Of a stretch of 5,248 nt of DNA, positions 1 to 5,248 are shown in pieces. The stretch's first letter is position 1. Each line of letters starts with the position of its first letter. Location of the stretch: the IMG/VR virus record IMGVR_UViG_2711768009_000004; one strand, written 5' to 3'. Origin of the DNA: a virus. Lineage: Duplodnaviria > Heunggongvirae > Uroviricota > Caudoviricetes. A program made the translations under genes and the position numbers. The notes beneath the pieces are model-generated. The model ran no database searches. It was not told the origin of the DNA and saw nothing but the letters and a program-made list of their open reading frames with translations.

Positions 1-10
1 GGGGCGGGAT

Positions 11-226
11 ATGTATCAGATGGAAAAAATATCAACAGGCATTGCCTACGGCACCTCCGCCGGCAGTGCCGGCTACTGGTTTTTGCAGTGGTTGGATCAG
101 GTCAGTCCATCACAGTGGGCTGCGATTGGTGTGCTGGGAAGTCTGCTTCTGGGGCTTCTGACTTATCTGACAAATCTGTATTTCAAAATAAGAGAAGACA
201 AGCGTAAGGCTGCGAGAGGTGAATAA
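11..226 (+). CDS. S: Class II holin / pinholin, phage 21 S21-like (71 aa from ATG 11; 68 aa from in-frame ATG 20)
   Basis: Seen: N-terminus MYQMEK with two in-frame Met codons (11-13, 20-22); Gly/Ala/Ser-rich weakly hydrophobic TMD1 ([19 protein letters not shown]); strongly hydrophobic TMD2 ([23 protein letters not shown]); basic C-tail [13 protein letters not shown]. Stop TAA 224-226 overlaps endolysin ATG 226-228 (TAATG). Established: near-identical along its length to the phage 21 S21 pinholin as I recall it (from memory, not database-checked). Confidence 0.9.
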   Translation: MYQMEKISTGIAYGTSAGSAGYWFLQWLDQVSPSQWAAIGVLGSLLLGLLTYLTNLYFKIREDKRKAARGE

Positions 227-595
227 TGTCGCCATCATTACGCAAGGCTGTTGCAGCTGCTATTGGTGGTGGGGCTGTTGCTATAGCATCTGTGTTAATC
301 ACTGGCCCAGGTGGTAACGATGGTCTGGAAGGTGTCAGCTACATACCATACAAAGATATCATTGGTGTATGGACTGTATGTCACGGACACACCGGAAAAG
401 ACATCATGCTCGGTAAAACGTATACCGAAGCAGAATGCAAAGCCCTCCTGAATAAAGACCTTGCCACTGTCGCCAGACAAATTAACCCGTACATCAAAGT
501 CGATATACCGGAAACAACGCGCGGCGCTCTTTACTCGTTCGTTTACAACGTGGGCGCTGGCAATTTCAGAACATCGACGCTTCTTCGCAAAATAA
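226..595 (+). CDS. R: SAR endolysin, T4-lysozyme-family muramidase (phage 21 R21-like); only first 123 codons visible, 3' end lost in N-run
   Basis: Seen: N-terminal signal-anchor-release-type segment [22 protein letters not shown], then lysozyme core with E35 (GLEG), D44 (YKD), T50 (WTV) and motif [10 protein letters not shown]. Established: this pattern and residue spacing match R21 (about 165 aa, from memory). The 258-aa ORF in the track is an artefact of reading through the Ns. Confidence 0.9.
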
Positions 596-887
596 NNNNN
601 NNNNNNNNNNNNNNNNNNNNNNNNNNNNNNNNNNNNNNNNNNNNNNNNNNNNNNNNNNNNNNNNNNNNNNNNNNNNNNNNNNNNNNNNNNNNNNNNNNNN
701 NNNNNNNNNNNNNNNNNNNNNNNNNNNNNNNNNNNNNNNNNNNNNNNNNNNNNNNNNNNNNNNNNNNNNNNNNNNNNNNNNNNNNNNNNNNNNNNNNNNN
801 NNNNNNNNNNNNNNNNNNNNNNNNNNNNNNNNNNNNNNNNNNNNNNNNNNNNNNNNNNNNNNNNNNNNNNNNNNNNNNNNNNNNNNN
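596..887. other. Run of 292 unresolved bases (N): assembly gap or masked sequence
   Basis: Seen directly: contiguous n characters from 596 to 887. Content cannot be inferred; expected to contain the endolysin 3' end, Rz start and Rz1 start. Confidence 1.
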
Positions 888-1064
888 GCAGTCTGTCAGT
901 CAGTGCGTGAAGCCACCACCGCCTCCGGCGTGGATAATGCAACCAGCCCCCGACTGGCAGACACCGCTGAACGGGATTATTTCACCCTCAGAGAGCGGCT
1001 GATGACGATGCAGATGCAACTGGAAGGGGCACAGGAGTATATCCGCACTCAGTGCATTAAGTAG
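888..1064 (+). CDS. Rz: Rz i-spanin, C-terminal 58 codons only (5' end inside N-run); stop TAG 1062-1064
   Basis: Seen: frame translation from 888 gives AVCQSVREATTASGVDNATSPRLADTAERDYFTLRERLMTMQMQLEGAQEYIRTQCIK*. Established: this closely matches the C-terminus of lambda Rz as I recall it. It is in a different frame from the X-bridged ORF in the track. Confidence 0.85.
   Translation, partial: AVCQSVREATTASGVDNATSPRLADTAERDYFTLRERLMTMQMQLEGAQEYIRTQCIK
889..1002 (+). CDS. Rz1: Rz1 o-spanin lipoprotein, C-terminal 37 codons only, embedded in the +1 frame of Rz; stop TGA 1000-1002
   Basis: Seen: QSVSQCVKPPPPPAWIMQPAPDWQTPLNGIISPSESG* with penta-proline tract. Established: matches the C-terminal part of lambda Rz1 (60 aa) from memory. 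Lies wholly inside the Rz reading frame, ending 62 nt before the Rz stop as in lambda-type cassettes. Confidence 0.85.
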   Translation, partial: QSVSQCVKPPPPPAWIMQPAPDWQTPLNGIISPSESG

Positions 1065-1106
1065 CCTTTTTATCGTGGTAAACATTTCGCAGGGTATGAG
1101 GTATTT

Positions 1107-1457
1107 ATGCCATCACTAATCCCACGTGCCTGCCGTAAGCGTGGATGTGCAGGTACAACCACAGACAGTTCGGGTTACTGCGATAAACATCGCGGTGAAG
1201 GCTGGGTGCAGCACCAGCGCGGACTGAGCCGCCACCAGCGTGGCTATGGCTCAAAATGGACGGTGATTCGTGCCCGTATTCTGAAGCGCGATAAAGGTCT
1301 GTGTCAGTTGTGTCTGCGTGTCGGTGTGGTGAGCGAGGCGAAAACCGTCGACCACATCATCCCGAAAGCGCATGGCGGAACAGACGCAGACAGCAACCTG
1401 CAGAGTCTGTGCTGGCCCTGCCATAAAGCGAAAACAGCGCGCGAACGAATCCGGTGA
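1107..1457 (+). CDS. HNH endonuclease, packaging-associated (HK97 gp74-like), 116 aa
   Basis: Seen: SD GAGG (1098-1101) 5 nt before ATG 1107. HNH core motifs DHIIPKAHGG ... NLQSLCWPCHKAKT with CxxC pairs (CQLC, CWPC); extra N-terminal Cys/His cluster (C-x4-C ... C-x2-H). Established: HNH genes sit immediately upstream of terS in HK97-like cos phages. Confidence 0.9.
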   Translation: MPSLIPRACRKRGCAGTTTDSSGYCDKHRGEGWVQHQRGLSRHQRGYGSKWTVIRARILKRDKGLCQLCLRVGVVSEAKTVDHIIPKAHGGTDADSNLQSLCWPCHKAKTARERIR

Positions 1458-1475
1458 TAATTATTCTCACTTGTA

Positions 1476-1539
1476 GGGAGGGGCGGGGCAAATCCCTGTG
1501 ACCTGACGTCTTCCGGACTGCCCGCCCCATCGTTTTTTT
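1476..1539 (+). other. GC-rich imperfect inverted repeat plus T7 tract in HNH-terS intergenic region; candidate cos region or non-canonical terminator
   Basis: Seen: arms ggggcggggca (1480-1490) and tgcccgcccc (1519-1528) are reverse complements except one extra G. Spacer of 28 nt contains palindrome gacgtc. T7 run at 1533-1539 follows after 4 nt. Inference: in HK97-like phages cos lies between HNH and terS. Confidence 0.35.
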
Positions 1540-1578
1540 ATACCCGCGAAAAATGAAATTTAACCAGGAGTGCCGCAT

Positions 1579-2073
1579 ATGGCTGGAACGGCGGGGCGTT
1601 CCGGGCGTCGCCCCAAGCCAACGGCGCGCAAGGCGCTGGCCGGAAACCCCGGCAAGCGAGCCCTGAACAAAGATGAACCTGTTTTTACGCCCATCAAAGG
1701 TGTTGAGCCACCAGAGTGGTTCGCTGAAGAAGATCTCCCTCTCGCCACGATCATGTGGCAACTGACAACCAAAGAACTCTGCGGTCAGGGCCTGCTGTGC
1801 GTGACTGACCTGGCGGTACTTGAGCGGTGGTGCGTGGCCTATGAGTTCTGGCGACGTGCCGTGAAAAATATTGCCATACAGGGCAACACCATCACCGGTG
1901 CAATGGGCGGCAGGGTCAAAAATCCGGAGCTGACCGCCAAAAAAGAACAGGAGTCCGAGATGAGCAGCACGGGGGCAATGCTCGGACTCGACCCCAGCAG
2001 CCGCCAGCGTCTGATTGGCCTGGCGGGGCAGAAGAAAGCCACTAACCCGTTTCTGAAAATTATCGAATCATGA
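1579..2073 (+). CDS. Terminase small subunit, P27 family (HK97 gp1-like), 164 aa from ATG 1579
   Basis: Seen: SD AGGAG (1566-1570) 8 nt before ATG 1579. N-terminus [30 protein letters not shown] is typical of P27-family small terminases (established). The track's start at 1570 is a GTG overlapping the SD and is less likely. Stop TGA 2071-2073 overlaps terL start (ATGA). Confidence 0.9.
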   Translation: MAGTAGRSGRRPKPTARKALAGNPGKRALNKDEPVFTPIKGVEPPEWFAEEDLPLATIMWQLTTKELCGQGLLCVTDLAVLERWCVAYEFWRRAVKNIAIQGNTITGAMGGRVKNPELTAKKEQESEMSSTGAMLGLDPSSRQRLIGLAGQKKATNPFLKIIES

Positions 2074-3803
2074 GCCGGAAATCTTACCCCAACGTAAATG
2101 CTGCAAATCAGTATGCCCGGGATGTCGTGCGCGGAAAGATTGTTGCCTGCCAGTTTGTGATTCAGGCCTGCCAGCGCCATCTTGATGACCTGATGGCGGA
2201 AAAAAGTAAGTCGTTTCGTTACCGCTTCGACAAGGACCTGGCTGAACGGGCCGCGAAATTTATTCAGCTGTTGCCGCACACCAAGGGGGAGTGGGCATTC
2301 AAACGGATGCCCATCACGCTGGAGCCGTGGCAGCTATTTGTGATCTGCTGTGCGTTTGGCTGGGTCAATAAAGGCACCCGGTTGCGCCGCTTCCGGGAGG
2401 TGTACACCGAAATCCCCCGTAAGAACGGCAAATCAGCAATCTCTGCCGGTGTTGCCCTGTATTGTTTTGCCTGTGATAACGAGTTTGGCGCGGAAGTGTA
2501 TTCCGGTGCCACGACAGAGAAACAGGCGTGGGAAGTCTTTCGCCCGGCGCGACTGATGTGTAAACGCACACCCATGCTGACGGAAGCGTTCGGGATTGAG
2601 GTTAACGCCTCAAACATGAACCGTCCGGAGGATGGCGCGCGGTTTGAACCGCTGATCGGCAACCCAGGTGATGGTTCATCACCCCACTGTGCCGTGGTTG
2701 ATGAATATCACGAGCATGCCACCGATGCGCTTTATACCACAATGCTTACCGGGATGGGGGCGCGACGTCAGCCACTGATGTGGGCCATCACCACCGCCGG
2801 GTACAACATTGAGGGGCCGTGCTACGACAAGCGGCGGGAAGTCATCGAGATGCTCAACGGCTCGGTGCCTAACGATGAACTGTTCGGGATCATCTATACC
2901 GTTGATGAAGGTGACGACTGGACCGGCCCGCAGGTGCTGGAAAAAGCCAATCCAAATATTGGCGTGTCGGTTTATCGCGAATTTTTGTTAAGTCAGCAGC
3001 AGCGTGCGAAAAATAACGCCCGTCTGGCAAACGTCTTTAAAACAAAACACCTCAATATCTGGGTGTCGGCGCGTTCGGCGTATTTCAACTTGGTGAGCTG
3101 GCAGAGCTGCGAGGATAAATCACTGACCCTTGAGCAGTTCGAGGGGCAGCCGTGCATTCTGGCCTTTGACCTGGCGCGTAAGCTGGATATGAACAGCATG
3201 GCGCGACTTTATACCCGCGAGATTGACGGTAAAACGCATTACTACAGTGTGGCCCCGCGTTTCTGGGTACCGTATGACACGGTGTACAGCGTCGAGAAAA
3301 ATGAAGATCGACGGACAGCCGAACGCTTTCAGAAATGGGTGGAAATGGGCGTTCTGACCGTTACCGATGGTGCGGAGGTGGATTATCGCTACATCCTCGA
3401 GGAGGCCAAAGCGGCGAACAAAATCAGCCCGGTCAGTGAGTCACCCATCGACCCCTTCGGGGCGACCGGGTTGTCACATGACCTTGCTGATGAAGACCTG
3501 AATCCCGTCACTATCGTCCAGAACTTCACCAATATGTCCGATCCGATGAAAGAGCTGGAAGCAGCGATTGAATCGGGACGTTTTCATCATGACGGCAATC
3601 CCATCATGACCTGGTGTATCGGCAACGTGGTCGGCAAAAACATGCCGGGTAACGATGATGTGGTGAAACCCGTCAAAGAGCAGGCGGAAAACAAAATCGA
3701 TGGTGCAGTTGCGCTGATTATGGCGGTTGGCAGAGCCATGCTGTACGAGAAAGAAGACACGCTGTCTGACCACATTGAGTCCTACGGGATCCGCTCGCTT
3801 TAA
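2070..3803 (+). CDS. Terminase large subunit (HK97 gp2-like), 577 aa
   Basis: Seen: Walker A-like EIPRKNGKS (nt 2409-2435); Walker B-like CAVVDEYHE (nt 2688-2714); C-terminal nuclease-type region with acidic motif ILAFDLARK. Start ATG 2070 overlaps terS stop. Size and motif order fit the HK97-type large terminase family (established). Confidence 0.95.
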   Translation: MSRKSYPNVNAANQYARDVVRGKIVACQFVIQACQRHLDDLMAEKSKSFRYRFDKDLAERAAKFIQLLPHTKGEWAFKRMPITLEPWQLFVICCAFGWVNKGTRLRRFREVYTEIPRKNGKSAISAGVALYCFACDNEFGAEVYSGATTEKQAWEVFRPARLMCKRTPMLTEAFGIEVNASNMNRPEDGARFEPLIGNPGDGSSPHCAVVDEYHEHATDALYTTMLTGMGARRQPLMWAITTAGYNIEGPCYDKRREVIEMLNGSVPNDELFGIIYTVDEGDDWTGPQVLEKANPNIGVSVYREFLLSQQQRAKNNARLANVFKTKHLNIWVSARSAYFNLVSWQSCEDKSLTLEQFEGQPCILAFDLARKLDMNSMARLYTREIDGKTHYYSVAPRFWVPYDTVYSVEKNEDRRTAERFQKWVEMGVLTVTDGAEVDYRYILEEAKAANKISPVSESPIDPFGATGLSHDLADEDLNPVTIVQNFTNMSDPMKELEAAIESGRFHHDGNPIMTWCIGNVVGKNMPGNDDVVKPVKEQAENKIDGAVALIMAVGRAMLYEKEDTLSDHIESYGIRSL

Positions 3804-3814
3804 CTGAGGTAATT

Positions 3815-3997
3815 ATGATCATGCTGATTCTCGCGCCTCTGGTGGGCGTGCTGGGTGCGCTTTTGCTGGCGTATGGTGCCTGGCTGATTTATCCCCCGGC
3901 GGGTTTTGTTGTTGCCGGGGCGCTGTGCCTGTTCTGGTCGTGGCTGGTGGCGCGATATCTCGACCGTACACGGCAGTCTGTCGGCGGAGGTAAATAG
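3815..3997 (+). CDS. Small hydrophobic protein, predicted two transmembrane segments, unknown function (60 aa)
   Basis: Seen: SD GAGG (3806-3809) 5 nt before ATG 3815 (second ATG at 3821). Product [60 protein letters not shown] has two hydrophobic stretches split by YPPAG and a basic C-tail. Stop TAG 3995-3997. No family recognised; could still be a non-coding leader. Confidence 0.5.
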   Translation: MIMLILAPLVGVLGALLLAYGAWLIYPPAGFVVAGALCLFWSWLVARYLDRTRQSVGGGK

Positions 3998-5153
3998 TGT
4001 TCTTTTCGGGATTATTTCAACGAAAAAGCGATGTGCCGGTGACCACGCCAGCAGAACTGCTGATGCTATCGGGCTGTCATACGACACCTATACCGGAAAG
4101 CGGATCAGTAGCCAGCGGGCCATGCGCCTGACGGCGGTCTATTCTTGCGTCAGGGTGCTGGCAGAGTCTGTTGGTATGCTGCCCTGCAGTCTCTACAAAA
4201 TCAGCGGTACCCTGAAAACACGGGCGGTGGATGAACGACTGCATAAGTTGGTTTCGGCAAAACCTAATGGCTACATGACACCGCAGGAATTCTGGGAGCT
4301 GGTTATTGTCTGCCTGTGTCTACGGGGGAATTTTTACGCCTACAAGGTAAAGGCACTGGGAGAAGTGGTGGAGCTTCTTCCGATAGATCCGGGCTGTGTG
4401 GAACCGAAGCTGAACAGCCAGTGGCAGCCGGTTTATCAGGTGACGTTTCCGGATGGTTCCGTGGATGTGTTGACCCAGAATGAAATCTGGCATGTGCGCA
4501 CCCTGACGCTGGATGGACTTGTCGGGCTGAATCCCATTGCGTATGCGCGTGAGGCCATTTCACTGGCAGCGGCAACCGAGGAGCACGGTGCCAGGTTGTT
4601 TAGTAATGGTGCGGTGACATCCGGTGTGTTGCGTACGGAACAAAAGCTCACGCCGGATGCTTACGAGCGTCTGAAGAAAGATTTTGAGGAGTGTCACACG
4701 GGGCTTGGCAATGCTCACCGCCCGATGATTCTGGAAATGGGGCTGGACTGGAAGTCGATGGCGCTGAACGCCGAGGACAGTCAGTTCCTGGAAACCCGCA
4801 AGTTTCAGCTGGAAGAAATCTGTCGTCTGTTCCGGGTGCCGTTGCACATGGTGCAGAACACCGATCGCGCCACCTTCAACAATATCGAAGAGCTGGGGCT
4901 GGGATTTATCAACTATTCACTGGTGCCGTATCTGACCCGCATCGAACAGCGGATCAACACCGGACTGGTACGAAAAAGTAAGCAGGGCGTTTATTACGCC
5001 AAATTTAACGCCGGGGCGTTACTGCGCGGGGATATGAAGTCCCGTTTTGAAGCCTACGCCACCGGGATCAACTGGGGAATTTACTCTTCCAATGACTGCC
5101 GCGACCTGGAAGATATGAATCCGCGTCCCGGTGGTGTAATGCCGATCAGTTAA
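3997..5153 (+). CDS. Portal protein, HK97 family; apparent frameshift near 5' end (possible pseudogene or sequence error)
   Basis: Seen: long ORF to TAA 5151-5153 with conserved portal N-terminal core AMRLTAVYSCVRVLAESVGMLPCSLYK and C-terminal RDLEDMNPRPGG. The only credible initiation signal is GTG 3997 with GGAGG (3986-3990) 6 nt upstream, but it is in a different frame (positions 3n+1) that stops at TGA 4129-4131; the portal body is in frame 3n. First in-frame ATG of the body is 4122 (no SD). The track start 3906 is a TTG inside the upstream ORF. Confidence 0.85.
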
Positions 5154-5185
5154 GGATCAGTTGACCGATCCAGTGGCTGTGTAAG

Positions 5186-5220
5186 AATCCGGAAACGCTC
5201 ACTTGTTTCCGGATTTTTTT
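5186..5220 (+). terminator. Rho-independent (intrinsic) terminator
   Basis: Seen: perfect 11-bp inverted repeat aatccggaaac (5186-5196) / gtttccggatt (5205-5215) with 8-nt loop gctcactt, running into a T7 tract (5214-5220). Lies 33 nt after the portal stop. Confidence 0.75.
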
Positions 5221-5248
5221 ATGCACATTGGACAGGCTCTTGATCTGG

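Noticed and set aside
1-10. ggggcgggat at the window start as a possible cos or repeat partner of ggggcgggg at 1480
   Set aside because: An 8-nt G/C match is expected by chance in 5 kb; the segment is more simply the tail of the holin translation-initiation region.
226-1002. Single 258-aa ORF in the track spanning the N-run
   Set aside because: Artefact: Ns read as X join the endolysin 5' part to the Rz1 3' part, which happen to share a frame. The real Rz is in another frame and ends at 1064.
295-1085. Minus-strand ORFs 295-942 and 900-1085
   Set aside because: The first is mostly X from the N-run; both lie antisense to the lysis genes, with no start context and no recognisable product.
1480-1539. 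Reading the inverted repeat plus T-run as a canonical intrinsic terminator
   Set aside because: The 28-nt loop and the 4-nt gap between stem and T-tract are atypical; kept only as an alternative to cos.
1570-1578. GTG 1570 as terS start (as in the track)
   Set aside because: The GTG overlaps the AGGAG SD itself. ATG 1579, 8 nt downstream of the SD, is the better start; GTG cannot be fully excluded.
1357-1772. Minus-strand ORFs 1357-1761 and 1560-1772
   Set aside because: Shadow ORFs antisense to HNH and terS; low-complexity Arg/Gly-rich translations typical of GC-rich antisense frames.
1839-3775. ORFs nested in terL on both strands (1839-2279 -, 2264-2662 -, 2350-2556 +, 2365-2571 -, 2809-2991 +, 2993-3199 -, 3474-3773 -, 3587-3775 -)
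   Set aside because: All lie fully inside the well-supported terL frame, lack SD sequences, and give low-complexity products.
3800-4087. Minus-strand ORF 3800-4087 (95 aa)
   Set aside because: Antisense to the small membrane ORF and portal 5' end; basic, Gln/Arg-rich, no start signal; plus-strand genes explain the region better.
3906-4121. Track's portal start at 3906
   Set aside because: Codon 3906 is TTG inside the small membrane ORF, with no SD. GTG 3997 with GGAGG upstream is the better start, at the cost of invoking a frameshift.
4303-4981. ORFs nested in the portal gene (4303-4575 -, 4436-4651 -, 4560-4847 -, 4691-4981 +)
   Set aside because: Shadow or alternate-frame ORFs inside the conserved portal frame; no independent support.
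1-5248. Scan for tRNA, rRNA, CRISPR repeats, IS elements or integrase/att sites
   Set aside because: No regularly spaced direct repeats, no cloverleaf-like segments in the short intergenic regions, and no transposase or integrase-like ORFs; the window is almost fully occupied by the genes listed.

Overview
The window is a single-strand (+) block of late genes from a lambdoid, HK97-like tailed phage or prophage of an enterobacterial host. Gene order is: phage-21-type lysis cassette (S21-like pinholin, SAR endolysin, Rz/Rz1 spanins), then a DNA-packaging module (HNH endonuclease, candidate cos region, P27-family small terminase, large terminase, a small hydrophobic ORF, HK97-family portal), ending at a strong intrinsic terminator. 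A 292-nt run of N (596-887) hides the endolysin 3' end and the Rz/Rz1 5' ends. Protein identifications rest on motifs I can read and on homolog sequences recalled from memory; nothing was database-checked. I see no rRNA, tRNA, CRISPR array, transposase or recognisable defence system. The points worth a second look are: (1) a 60-aa two-TM ORF inserted between large terminase and portal, (2) an apparent frameshift in the first ~45 codons of the portal gene, (3) the portal ending early, directly before a terminator, (4) a GC-rich inverted repeat in the HNH-terS gap where cos is expected, (5) a lysis cassette about 39 codons shorter than the lambda layout if the N-run length is real. All minus-strand ORFs in the track look like shadow ORFs. 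I did not find clear evidence of a new biological system; the small membrane ORF is the best candidate for something undescribed.
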